Assembly: GCA_030390025.1 (NCBI GenBank)
Contig: CM059432.1
Coordinates: 21,454,001 to 21,518,000 of the forward strand
DNA from: Squalus acanthias
Taxonomy: Eukaryota
Length of the DNA stretch: 64,000 nucleotides
Reading direction: 5' to 3'
Both the position numbers and the translations under genes were made by a program. Below, one piece after another: positions 49,742 to 62,862 of the stretch. Each line of letters opens with the position of its first letter. Position 1 is the stretch's first letter. The notes under the pieces were generated by a model. The model was not told the DNA's origin. It saw nothing but the letters and a program-made list of their open reading frames with translations, and did no database searches.

Positions 49742-52200
49742 TTTTTAATCGTTCCTGGGATGTGGGCGTCACTGGCAAGGCCACCATTTATTGCCTATTC
49801 CTAATATCCCTTGAGAAGGTGGTGGTGAGCTGCCTTCTTGAACCGCTGCAGTCCGTGTGGTGAAGGTACTCCCACAGTGCTGTTAGGGAGGGAGTTCCAG
49901 GATTTTGACCCTGCGACGATGAAGGAACGGCAATACATTTCTAAGTCAGGATGGTGTGTGACTTGGAGGGGAACTTGGAGGTGGTGGTGTTCCCATGCGC
50001 CTGCTGCCCTTGTCCTTCTAGGTGGTAGAGGTCGCGGGTTTGGGAGGTGCTGCCGAAGAAGCCTTGGCGAGTTGCTGCAGTGCATCTTGTAGATGGTACA
50101 CACTGCAGCCACGGTACGCCGGTGGTGGAGGGAATGAATGTTTAAGGTGGTGGATGGGGTGCCAATCAAGTGGGCTACTTTGTCCTGGATGGTGCAGAGC
50201 TTCTTGAGTTGTTGGAGCTGCACTCATCCAGGCAAGTGAAGAGTATTCCATCACACTCCTTACTTGTGCCTTGTAGATGGTGGAAAGGCTTTGGGGAGTC
50301 AGGAGGTGAGACACTCGCTGCAGAATACCCAACCTCTGACCTGCTCTTGTTGCCACAATATTTATGTGGCTGGCCCAGTTTAGTTTCTGGTCAATGGTGA
50401 TCCCCAGGATGTTGATGGTGGGTGATTCGGCGATGGCAATGCTGTTGAATGTCAAGGGGCGGAGGTTAGACTCTTGCTTGTTGGAGATAGTCATTGCCTG
50501 GCACTTGTGTGGTGCGAATTTACTTGCCACTTATCAGCCCAAGCCTGAATGTCGTCCAGGTCTTGCTGCATGCGGGCATGGACTGCTTCATTATCTGAGG
50601 AATTGCAAATGGAACTGAACCCTGTGCAATCATCAGCGAATATCCCCACTTCTGACCCTATGATTGAGGGAAGGTCATTGATGAAGCAGCTGAAGATGGT
50701 TGGGCCTAGGACACTGCCCTGAGGAACTTCTGCAGCGATGTCCTGGGGCTTTGATGATAGAAACATAGAAACATAGAAGATAGGAGCAGGAGTAGGCCAT
50801 TCGGCCCCTCGAGCCTGCTCCGCCATTCGATGAGATCATGGCTGATCATCTAAACTCAGTACCCTGTACCTGCCTTCTCCCCATATCCCTTGATACCTTT
50901 AGCTTTAAGAAATATATCTAACTCATCCTTGAATATATTTAACGACTTCGCCTCAACTACCTTCTGTGGTAGAGAATTCCACAGGTTCACCACTCTCTGG
51001 GTGAAGAAATTCTTCCTCATTTCTGTCCTAAATGGTTTACCCGTTATCCGTAGATTATGACCCCTGGTTCTGGACTCTCCGACCATCGGGAACATTCTTC
51101 CTGCATCTAGTTTGTCCAGACCTGTCAGAATTTTATATGTTTCAATGAGATCCCCTCTCATTCTTCTATACTCCAGTGAGTATAAGCCCAATCGACCCAA
51201 TCTCTCCTCATATGTCATTCCTGCCATCCCAGGTATCAGCCTTGTGAATCTTCGCTGAACTCCTTCCATGGCAAGAACATCCTTCCTCAGATAAGGCAAC
51301 CAAAACTGCACACAGTACTCAAGGTGTGGTCTCACCAAGGCCCTGTACAACTGCAGCAGGACATCCCTGTTCCTATACTCAAACCCTTTCGCTATGAAGG
51401 CCAACATACCATTTGCCTTCTTCACCGCCTGCTGCACCTGCATGCTTACTTTCAGCGACTGGTGCACAAGGACACCCAGGTCTCGTTGCACTTCCCCTTC
51501 TCCCAATCTATTGCCATTCAGATAATAGTCTGCCTTTCTGTTTTTGACACCAAAGTGGATAACCTCGCACTTATCCACGTTATATTGCATCTGCCACACT
51601 TCTGCCCACTCACCCAACCTGTCCAGATCATCCTGGAGTTTCTCGCTATCCTCCTCGCTGCACACACGCCCACCCAGCTTTGTGTCATCTGCAAACTTGG
51701 AGATATTACATTTAATTCCCTTATCTAGATCATTAATGTATATTGTGAATAGCTGGGGCCCAAGGACCGATCCCTGCGGTACCCCACTAGTCACTGCTTG
51801 CCACTCGGAAAAAGACCCATTAATTCCTACTCTTTGCTTTCTGTCCGCCAACCAGTTCTCTATCCAAGTCAATACCTTGCCCCCAATCCCAACAACCACA
51901 ACCTTCTTCATTTGTGCTAGGCATAACTCCAGCCAGTGGAGAGTTTTCCCCCCGATTCCCATTGACTTCAGTTTTACTAGGGCTCCTTGATGCCACACTC
52001 GGTCAAATACTACCTTGATGTCAAGGGCAGTCACTCTCACCTCACCTCTGGAATTCAGCTCTTTTGTCCATGTTTGGACCAAGGCTGTAATGAGGTCTGG
52101 AACCAAGTGGTCCTGGCAGAACCCAAACTGAGCATTGGTGAGGAGGCTTTTGGTGAGTAAGTGCCGCTTGCTAACACTGTCGATGTTTACTGATGATGGC
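49742..52200 (-). mobile_element. LINE family B (RT region to 3' end), split by a CR1 insertion
   Basis: 49742-50757 and 51891-52200 are colinear with 58870-60180. Confidence 0.9.
50758..51890 (-). mobile_element. Young 5'-truncated CR1 LINE with open RT C-terminal frame
   Basis: SGVPQGSVLGPQLFTIYINDLD..KFADDTKLG to stop at 50856 with no disruption; (CATAGAAA)n tail. Confidence 0.93.
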
Positions 52201-52334
52201 ATTTGGCGATTCTAAATTGCACCCTTTGGTATTGAAAAAAAGCCAATAATGACTCATTCTCCCTTTTTGGATTCAGGTGTGGATTCCGGTTAAGAACAGG
52301 GTCAATCTCACGTATGATATCCCAGTAATCTTGG

Positions 52335-52735
52335 CTCATGGTAACACTCTTGCTTCTGGGTGAAAAGGTTATGAGTTCAAGCCTCACTCCAGAGACTTGA
52401 GCACACAACCTAAGCTGGCATTTCAGTGCAGTACTGCGGGAGTGCTGCACTGTCAGAGGTGCAGTCTTTCAGATGAGATGTTAAACCAAGGCCCTGTCTG
52501 CCCTTTCAGGTGCATGTAAAAGATCCTATGGCACAATTCGATGAAGAGAAAGGGATTTCTCCCCAGTGTCCTGGCCCAACATTTATCCCTCAATCAATAC
52601 CTATAACAGATGATCTGGTCATTTATTTTGTTGCTGTTTGTGGGACAGCTACTACACTTGCAAAAAAATACTTCATTAGCTGCGAAGCACTTCCTGTGAT
52701 CATGAAAGATGCTATATGAATGCAAGTTCTTTCTT
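52335..52735 (+). mobile_element. DeuSINE-like SINE with L2-like tail
   Basis: Matches 5790-6145; ends GCTATATGAATGCAAGTTCTTTC. Confidence 0.75.
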
Positions 52736-53704
52736 TCAGTTGAATAGCCTGGCAACACTCATGGCCTAAACTGACATATGAAGATTGATCACTTGGATGA
52801 GACACTGGAGGGCCTCCATATAACCGTACCTCAGCATGAGCCAGCACCTTCAACAGAGAAGAAGATAAAATGGAAACAATGAAAAACAGGCACAGGAAAC
52901 TGAAGAAAACTACGAAAACCACACAGAAAACTTGGATACAGACAGAAATGATGAGAAAGATCCTGAAACTTATCGGCCTGAAATGACAAATGGTGATATG
53001 AATGTTTAATGCATTTGTATGACATTACTTCTGGCTGCTAATTTAACAGAGGCATGAACCTTTTAATATAACTTTTATATTAATAAACAAAACCTTCATC
53101 ACTAATATCCCCAATGATAATTTCTAGACTACAGTAAAAAAATACTGAAAGAAACTAAGACATGCATGGATATTCACTTCGTATGACTAAGGCACTCTAA
53201 GATGCAATTACAGCATTTATATTCTGAAAGACTAAAATTTTTTGAGGAGATTTCCTAATTTAGGGAAAAACAAGCTTGAAGCTGAAGCTACAGAACTCTA
53301 AATCCATTTCTAAATATTATTAGCAAACATTACAGTGTTATGAAGAGCATCTGTGAAGGCTCGAGCAGCTTGCTAACAATGACAAGATAATAGTGGGCTT
53401 AAAACATTGGAATAATCTCTCTCAGTTGGAACACTAAGGTTAAAAGGATAGATGCTGTGCAAAGTGATGAGTTTATTCAATGTAATACATTAAAAACACA
53501 AGTATTTTACTTTTACTTTGTTTTCTGTCTGATTTCGCTTCTGTGAAGTGCCTTGGGACATTTTCCCACGTTAACTAAAGGCGCTAAATAAATGCAGGTT
53601 GTTGTGCTTGGACATTCGTCCATCAAACCCTTTGACCTTTCAAATCTCAGCCCACACAACTGGCCACGCCCCCAATGCTGAAATGCGAGTATTCTCCAAT
53701 TCAT

Positions 53705-54097
53705 TTTTTTTTATTTGTTCCTGGGATGTGGGTGCTGCTGGCAAGGCCAGCATTTATTGCCTATCCCTAATTGCCCTCAAGAAGGTGGTGGTGAGCCGCC
53801 TTCTTGAACCTTGTGGTGATGGTCCTCCCATAGTGCTGTTAGGGAGGGAGTTCCAGGATTTTCAACCAGCGACGATGAAGGAACGGCGATATATTTCCAA
53901 GTCAGGATGGTGTGTGACTTGGAGGGAACTTGGAGGTGGTGGTGTTCCCATGCGCCTGCTGCCCTTGTCCTTCTAGGTGGTAGCGGTGGCAGACTTGGGA
54001 GGTGCTGTCGAAGAAGCCTTGGCGAGTTGCTGCAGTGCATCTTGTAGATGGTATACACTGCAGCCACGGTGCTCCGGTGGTGGAGGGAGTGAATGTG
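53705..54097 (-). mobile_element. LINE family B 3'-end fragment
   Basis: Near-identical to 18580-18995. Confidence 0.9.
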
Positions 54098-54854
54098 AAT
54101 TGTGCTTGTTTGAGGAAGTCTCTCAATATTGCAACCAGATTTTCAGGCGCAGCAGGAAAGTAAGTCATTCTTCTGAGGTTTAATAGCCTTTTCTCAGTGT
54201 TTTTTTTAAATTATCCTCACAAGCCTGCTCTGTATTTTCTGTTTCTTTGAATGGATTCTTATAACATAAGTAGAAGTCACATTAAAAATTGAAAAGCTTC
54301 TCCAAGTGCAAGTTCTTTGACATGCTGTGACTGTTATGCATGAAGGATGGTTAAATGAGCTTAATTTTCATAATGAAGGAAGAAATACATGGTGTGGGTT
54401 CAGCGCTTTCTTTGGACTCCGATTGTTTACGCTGATTTATGCTCATTTTAAGTTTGGCTGATTCTAACGTGATTTGGAGGGTACTTAGGCTTAACTTGAC
54501 ACCGGCAAAATGGGTGAAACTTTGGGTGCATTTTTAGGTCCATCTTCTGAGTTGCACTCAAGAAGGAAACTCCAGGCACACGTCTCCATGAAGCACCTTG
54601 GGATGTTTTTTCTACAGTAAAGGCATTATATCAATGCAAATTGTTGTTCTTTAAATATGCTAAGATGGTTCCTTAATATGAGGAGTGCAATAGAAATGTA
54701 AATTGTTGTATTAAACTATTCACAAGAACCAACAATATGTGATTAGAATTAAATTGATGACATTTCTAAACAGTGTTATGTGAATTTTTGAATCAATTAC
54801 ATTCTGCCTCACAACAAAAGAATGCTATTGCAACCCACAGCAAATCATCAGCAG

Positions 54855-56066
54855 ACATAAGAACATAAGAAATAGGAGCAGGAGTAATCGATTCAGCCCT
54901 TCGAGCCTGCTCTGCCATTCAATAAGAACATAAGAACATAAGAAATAGGAGCAGGAGTAGGCCATTTGGCCCTTGAGCCTGCCCCGCTTCTATCTCATCT
55001 CCACTTTCCTGCACTATCTCCATATCCCTTGATTCCTTAATATTCAAAAACCTATCGATCTCTGTCTTGAATATACTCAACAACTGAGCCTCCACAGCCA
55101 TCTGGGGTAGAGAATTCCAAAGATTCACCACCCTCTGAGTGAAGAGATTTCTCCTCATTTCAGTTCTAAATGGCCGACCCCTTATTCTGAGACTGTGAAC
55201 CCTGGTTCTAGACTCCCCAGCAAGGGGAAACATCCTCCCTGCATCTTCCCTGTCAAGTCCTGTAAGAATTTTGTATGTTTCAATGAGATCACCTCTCATT
55301 CTTCTAAACTCTAGAGAATATAGGCCTAGTCTACTCAATCTGTCCTCATAGGACAATCTCCCCATCCCAGGAACCAGTCTGGTGAACCATCGTTGCACTC
55401 CCTCTATGGCAAGTATATCCTTCCTTAGGTAAGGAGACCAAAACTGTACATAATACTCCAGGTGTGGTCTCACCAGGGCCCTATATAATTGTAGTAAACC
55501 ATCTTTACCCTTATACTCAAATCCTCTGTAATAAAGGCCAACATACCATTTGCTTTCCTAATTGCTTGCTGTACCTGCATGTCAACTTTCAGTGATTCTT
55601 GTACAAGGACACCCAGGTCCCTCTGAACACCAACATTTCCCAATCTCTCACCATTTAAAAAATACTCTGTTTTTCTATTTTTCCTACCAAAGTGAATAAA
55701 TATACATTTCTCCACATTATATTCCATTTGCCATGTTCTTACCCACTCACATAGCTTGTCTATATCCCCTTGAAGCCTCCTTGCATCCTCCTCACAACTT
55801 ACATTCCCACCCAGCTTTGTATCATCAGCAAATTTCGATATATTACATTTGGTCCCCTCATTCAAATCCATGGCTGATCTTCTACCTCAACTCCACTTTC
55901 CTGCACTATCCCCACATCCCTTGATTCCCTTAATATCCAAAAATCTATCTGTCTCTGCCTTGAATATACCCAATGACTGAGCCTCCACAGCCCTCTGGGG
56001 TAGAGAATTCCAAAGATTCACAACCCTTTTTGTGAAGAAATACCTCCTCATCCCAGTCTTAAATGG
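54855..56066 (-). mobile_element. CR1 copy (~54923-55870) nested in another CR1 3' end
   Basis: KFADDTKLGG and RPHLEYYVQFWSP; outer tail resumes at CATGGCTGATCT ~55869. Confidence 0.88.
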
Positions 56067-56069
56067 ATT

Positions 56070-56473
56070 AAGGTTAATATGGCCCAAAACCAATGCCTGG
56101 AGACAGAGCTCATGATTGGGTAGAATTGGGAATATGGGAGATACATGATTGGATGGATTTTTCTGTGGTTCCAGTTCGTGGGGTATATCTTAGTGGGTTT
56201 GGGTCATTCTTAGTGTAGAAGACTCCAGGAAGAACTCAGGCGACACCCAGGAGATGGATCAGAAGCAAGAGGCGAGGGGTTGTAGACGCATCTGGTCGCG
56301 GCTTATACCCAGGGCACAATGGGGTAATATAAGTCTCAATTGTATACTGTAATCTATTGCTCTAATACCATAATGTATTAAGTCTTGCTTGTGCTGAAAA
56401 AAGTTAAATCGCAGACACCAATACAGGTCAATGTCGAATCATTCGGAATCAGGGTCTCGCTGAGATCCTTACA
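56070..56473 (+). mobile_element. Partial LTR related to 14428-15314
   Basis: GTAATATAAGTCTCAATT..ATTAAGTCTTGCTTGTGCTGAA..GAATCATT shared; ends CTTACA. Confidence 0.72.
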
Positions 56474-56717
56474 AAGACTACAGAACTTGTTTTTACTGGC
56501 TTGGTACACAGGGCATAGCAGGGATGGCATGGGGGCAGATCCAAGAATGATTGCAAATTCTGCCTGCACTGGAGTATGCATATCACCAATGGTATCAGAT
56601 CTACCACACTCCATCCATTCATGGAGATTCCACAATGCTAATCATTACAAATCAGATTGTGCCAGAAATGGAAGCATCTAAGCTACCAAGTGGAAGTGGA
56701 AGCAAATAAAACTCTGT

Positions 56718-57090
56718 CACATGACAAAAGAACCAGAGGCAACATGAGGAAACAATTTTTTTACGCAGCGAGTTGTTGTGATCTGGACTGCCCTGCCTGA
56801 AAGAGTGGTGGAAGCAGATTCAATACTAACTTTCAAAAAGCGGAGATGCCGGTGTTGGACTGGGGTGGACAAAAATGAGAAGTCGCACAACACCAGGTTA
56901 TAGTCCAACAGTTTTATTTGAAATCACAAGCTCCTTCGTCGGGAATTGGATAAATACTTGAAGAGAAAAAATTTACAGGGCTATGAGGAAAGAGCAGGGG
57001 AGTGGGACTAATTGGGTAGCTCTTTCAGTTAGCCAGCACAGGCACGATGGGCCAAATGGCCTCCTTCTGTGCTGTATGATTCTATGATTG
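56718..57090 (+). mobile_element. CR1 3' end, interrupted by a PLE cassette
   Basis: Matches 42250-42540. Confidence 0.8.
56841..56943 (-). mobile_element. Short PLE-pLTR-like cassette, hammerhead core deleted
   Basis: Reverse strand CCGACGAAGGAGCTTGTGATTTCAAATAAAACTGTTGGACTATAACC matches 6410-6538 minus the stem II/GAAA segment. Confidence 0.75.
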
Positions 57091-58099
57091 TACGGGTTCT
57101 TCCAATGGCTCAGTCAGCAAGTCCATTGTGTCATGTGGAATCAAGCCATACAGACCAGAAAAGTCCCAGGCTTGATTCAAGGTCTGTGTTGAAGTAGGCA
57201 ATCTCAGTTGCAGCACTGTTGGGAGAGCTTTAGTTGGTCTTCTACGCTCCTGAGTAGCAGGGAGGGGGCGGGGAGGTGGACTCTGACAGAATTGTAACCC
57301 AGTACCCTCCTGCTGTAAATTCCAGATATATGGATACTGGGTGAAAGTAGCATTAGGCTTGTCTCTGATGCACTGCTATGATTGAAAGCCTGCCAACATT
57401 CATTATATAGTCTCACACATAAAGAGTGCCCACTTGAGTGAGGTACCAGAGCATATCTGGCAACTGTGACACACATGCTTTCAGCAGACAAATGGGAGGG
57501 TAAAAAATATCTATTTGTATAAAAATTTTGAGAGCATCCATTAAACACCGGACATCACGCTCCAGATGCCACATTTTGCATAAACCAACAATAAATCACA
57601 TTTGAGCCCGAACAATCTTTAAAGAAGTACTAAAAGACAAAGTTATCCATTTCTTTCCCACTGTTTTTTTCTGAACTTGAGGTAAGCTGGAGAGGTTGTT
57701 GAGATAACAAGCAGAGGAGCCAAGCAGCTGACGATCTAGAGAAACTTCCAGCAAAAACAATAATTAGCCCACGATTGACCTCAGAACCTATTTAGACACT
57801 TCCTCACAGGAAGCTCCTGAGCCCTGGCCTTAAAGGGACAGGCAAGGTTAGCAGCTAAACATTACAACCCACGCTTCAGACCTCAGACTGCCTGTGAGCA
57901 ATGCCCCAGAGATCAGCCAGCATGATTAACAAAAGCTTGCCACACATTGGAAACACATTGCACAGAGCAAATAGCACGGAATACACACTATCTTCTAACC
58001 ATACAACATTATATGCTGTACAACTCAAGTAAACTGCGTCACACACACGGTCATTGCATTGCAACGTAAAAGATTTAGCACGCTGACAGTAAACTCAGC

Positions 58100-58390
58100 G
58101 GGGCTCATTTTAACTTTCATCACCGGGCGAAAATTGGGTCATAGTGATTCGGCCGCCCCTTTTACACCTCGCCCAACGAAAGCTATTATCCAGTGGAAAG
58201 TCTGAACATATAATACAGCTCTGAGTGTACTTGGCAACAGATGACTTCTGTGTAATAATAAATATTTCAGTCTTGGATTTTAATTTCCTTTTGACTTCAA
58301 TGAAAATAAAACTCGGGAGAAATGTGAAACGTGCTGCGGACTCACTGTCACCCGTTTTACATTATCGCACACAGTCAAGATCAGCTCCTG
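58100..58390. mobile_element. Small degraded MITE-like element(s)
   Basis: GGGGCTCATTTTAAC start; central TTGACTTCAA palindrome-like motif. Confidence 0.4.
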
Positions 58391-58865
58391 TGATTCATAT
58401 GTTTTACACTTAATTCAACACCTCGGAGATATTTTACTCTTTTCCGCATGAAAAAATTGCCCTTATGTTATAGGAAATAATCTGAAATTAAAATAGCAGG
58501 TGCGCACCCTAGTGCTGCTGAGGCGTCCGTTCAATCCTTTAGTATTAACAAAAGCAAATTATCCAACCTGTAGTTAATGCTGCTTTCACACTTCACAATC
58601 ATCTAAATTGGCCAGAAACTAACATAATGCAGAATATTGTACATAGCAAGTTATGAACTTACAGTTGACAAGATAACAGACTTATCGGGGAAATTGAACT
58701 CTCCCCACTGGGTGAGAGCAGAGCAGGTGAGTAGTTAAAATGGGAGCGGTTCCATGTCCTGCTCCATTTCTGCCGATATCCTATGTTAATGCTGTTGGTT
58801 TTGCCAGCTGACGCTGTGCATGCCAAACTCAGGCGGGAGCCTCAGGCATAAATGCTAATTTTTTT

Positions 58866-61658
58866 AAAATTCGATTATGGGATGTGGGCGTCACTGGCAA
58901 GGCCAGCATTTATTGCCCATCCCTAATTACCCTTGAGAAGGTGGTGGTGAGCCGCCTTCTTGAACCGCTGCAGTCCGTGTGGTGAAGGTACTCCCACAGT
59001 GCTGTTAGGGAGGGAGTTCCAGGATTTTGACCCAGTGACGATGAAGGATCGGCGATATACTTCTAAGTCAGGATGGTGTGTGACTTGGAGGGGAACTTGG
59101 AGGTGGTGGTGTTCCCATGTGCCTGCTGCCCTTGTCCTTCTAGGTGGAAGAGGTCGCAGGTTTGGAAGGTGCTGCCGAAGAAGCCTTGGTGAGTTGCTGC
59201 AGTGCATCTTGTGGATGGTACACACTGCAGCCACGGTGCGCCAGTGGTGGAGGGAGTGAATGTTTAAGGTGGTGGATGGGGTGCCAATCAAGTGGGCTGC
59301 TTTGTCCTGGATGATGTCGAGCTTCTTGAGTGTTGGAGCTGCACTCATCCAGGCAAGTGAAGAGTATTCCATCACACTCCTTACTTGTGCCTTGTACATG
59401 GTGGAAAGGCTTTGGGGAGTCAGGAGGTGAGACACTCACCACAGAATACCTAGCCTCTGACCTGCTCTTGTTGGCACAGTATTTATGTGGCTGGTCCAGT
59501 TAAGTTTCTGGTCAATGGTAACCCCCAGGATGTTGATGGTGGGGGATTCAGCAATGGTAATGCTGTTGAATGTCAAGGTGCAGTGTTTAGACTTTTGCTT
59601 GTTGGAGATAGTCATTGCCTGGCACTTCTGTGGCACGAATGTTACCCGCCACTTATCAGCCCAAGCCTGGATGTTGTCCAGGTCTTGTTGCATGCGGGCA
59701 TGGACTGCTTCATTATCTGAGGAGCTGAACACTGTGCAGTCATCAGCGAGCATCCCCATTTCTGACCTTATGTTGGAGGGAAGGTCATTGATGAAGCAGC
59801 TGAAGATGGTTGGGCCTAGGACACTGCCCTGAGAAACTCCTGCAGCGATATCCTGAGGCTGTGATGATTGACCTTCAACCACCACAACCATCTTCCTTTG
59901 TGCTAGGTATGACTCTAGCCAGTGGAGAGTTTTCCCCCCGATTCCCATTGACTTCAGTTTTACTGTGGCTCCTTGATGCCGCACTCGGTCAAATGCTGCC
60001 TTGATGTCAAGGGCAGTTACTCTCACCTCACCTCTGGAATTCAGCTCCTTTGTCCATGTTTGGACCAAGGCTATAATGAGGTCGGTAGCCGAGTGGTCTT
60101 GTCGGAACCCAAACTGGGCATCAATGAGCAGGTTATTGGTGAGTAAGTGCCGCTTGATAGCACTGTTGATGACACCTTCCATCACTTTGCTGATGATTGA
60201 GAGTAGACTGATGGGGCGTTAATTGGCCGGATTGGATTTGTCCTGCTTTTTGTGGACAGGACATACCTGGGCAGTTTTCCACATTGTCGGATAGATGCCA
60301 GTGTTGTAGCTGAACTGGAACAGCTTGGCTAGAGGTGCGGCTAGTTCTGGAGCACATGTCTTCAGCACGATAGCCGGGCTGTTGTCAGGGCCCATAGCCT
60401 TTGCTGTATCCAGTGCGCTCAGCCGTTTCTTGATATCACGTGGAGTGAATCGAATTGGCTGAAGACTGGCTTCTGTGATGGATCATCCACTCGGCACTTC
60501 TGATTGAAGATGGTTGCAAACGCTTCAGCCTAGTCTTTCGCACTCACGTGCTGGGCTCCACCATCATTGAGTATGGGGATATTCATGGAGCCTCCTCCTC
60601 CCGTTAGTTGTTTAATGGTCCACCACCATTCACGACTGGATGTGGCAGGACTGCAGATCTTTGATCTGATCTGTTGATTGTGGGATCACTTAGCTCTATC
60701 TATAGCATGCTGCTTCCGCTTTTTAGCATGCATGTAATCCTGTGTTGCAGCTTCCCCAGGTTGGCACCTCATTTTTAGGTACGCCTGGTGCTGCTCCTGG
60801 CATGTTCTTCTACACTCCTTATTGAACCAGCATTGGTCCCCTGGCTTGATGGTAATGGTAGAGTGAGGGATATGCCGGGCCATGAGATTACAGATTGTGG
60901 TGGAATACAATTCTGCTGCTGCTGATGGTCCACAGCGCCTCATGGATGCCCAGTTTTGAGCTGCTAGATCTGTTTTGAATCTATCCCATTTAGCACGGTG
61001 GTACTGCCACACAACACAATGGAGGGTGTCCTCAGTGTGAAGATGGGACTTCGACTCCACAATGACTGTGCAGTGGTCACTGCTACCAATGCTGTCATGG
61101 ACAGATGCATCTGTGACAGGTAGATTGGTGAGGATAAGATCAAGTAGCTTTTTCCCTCATGTTGGTTCTCTCATCACCTGTCGCAGCTATGTCCTTCAGG
61201 ACTCAGCCAGCTCGGTCAGTAGTGGTGCTACCGAGCCACTCTTGGTGATGGACATTGAAGTCCCCCACATTCTGTGCCCTTGCTTCTTCCAAGTGGTGTT
61301 CAACATGGAGGAGTACTGATTCATCAGCTGAGCAAGGGCTGTAGGTGGTAATCAGCAGGAGGTTTCCTTTGCTCATGCTTAACTTGAAGCCATGAGATTC
61401 ATGGGTTCCGGAGTCAATGTTGAGGACTCCTTCCCGACTGTATACCACTGTGCCGCCACCCCTGGTGGGTCTGTTCTGCCGGTGAGACAGGACATACCCA
61501 GGGATGGTGATGGAGGAGTTTGGGACATTAGCTGAAAGGTATGATTCTGTGAGTATGACTATGTCAGGCTGTTGCTTGACTAGTCTGTGGGACAGCTCTC
61601 CCAATTTTGGCACAAGTCCCCAAATTTTGGTGAGGAGGACTTTGCAGATTTGACTGGG
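58866..61658 (-). mobile_element. LINE family B, near-complete APE endonuclease + RT ORF, decayed (CR1/L2/Jockey group, clade not assigned)
   Basis: PDIVILTESYL, RGGGTVVY, GDFNVHH (APE); QFGFR, ALDIKAAFDRV, QGSVLGP, LADD (RT); 3' stem-loop plus A-tail. Confidence 0.92.
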
Positions 61659-62677
61659 CTACCTCAACTCCACTTTCCCGCCCGATCCCCATATCCCTTG
61701 ATTCCCCTAGAGTCCAAAAGTCTATCTAGCTCAGCCTTGAGCAAAACCTTAAGTTGCAGTAAAAATAGAAGATGACTCAATTCCCAGTTTCCACCAATCT
61801 TGCCAACTGTTTATCCATATCTATCTTTTCAATTAACATTATATACAGAAGAAAATATGAGACTAAAAATGACCCTTGTCGTTTAACATTTAATGAAGTG
61901 TGTGTCATCCTCCTATCCACGATTTTAATGTAGTCATTTACTTTATATTAAATGGGTTAACACCTCCACTAAAATAATGTAAGAGGAATGTCAAATGAAT
62001 GCATTCAGTGTTCATTCACTTGTACATTCAACAGTAATTTCTAAGTTATTGTCTTGTGTGTGTTCAGTGGGTACTGTATTAGAAAATGAAATCAGGTTGG
62101 GGGTGTAACTCAGCCTGATTCAGTCCATTGAGGAGCTATGCTTGTCACCAATGGATAGATTTGTATTAACTATTTCATTTGCTATGGGTTAATTTATTAT
62201 CTTTCGAATGAGCCAATGGCAAGGAACAAACTACCAAAAAGAACTGAATTCCACTGTACCTACGATGTTTATAGTTGCAGGCTTTGAGAATTGAAATGTT
62301 AGGCCTTTCTCCAGCTGGGTACCAGGTTGTGGAGTGACGATATAGAGAGGTGAAGTCAGTCATTTTCCTTATAAATGCTCCTTCTTAGCCAATCAGTGAC
62401 ATGTGATTGAGTTGCTCATCATTGATGTGAAACATTAGCAGAAACAGACAGCAGTATTTCAGTCGTGCTGCTTTGCTTTTTTCACATATTAACTATTACC
62501 TTTCCTCATGCATCTTTAAAAATCCTGGCCTTTTGAAACACATTTGAGCACACAAGATCGGAAGCTTTCTCCACATCAACCTTGCCTTCAAAAATGCATG
62601 AATTTGATTTCATACACAAAACTTAGTTAGTAAAGATCTTAAGATTGGATAATAACCCCTCCAAGCTCTCAGACATT

Positions 62678-62862
62678 GGGGGCAATTTTAATTTAACCCG
62701 CTTGTCGGGAAACTGACGGGATCGCGTGCAACGCTGGTTTCACACCCCGCCCGATTTTACTCTCCATTGGAGTAAATGGAGAGCAATATTGGGCTGGGTG
62801 CAAACTGGCATTCCACCAGATCCTGTGGGTTTTCTCCTGGCGAGTTTATTAAAATTACCTCC
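62678..62862. mobile_element. Short MITE
   Basis: GGGGGCAATTTTAAT...ATTAAAATTACCTCC inverted ends; central CTCCATT..AATGGAG palindrome. Confidence 0.6.
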
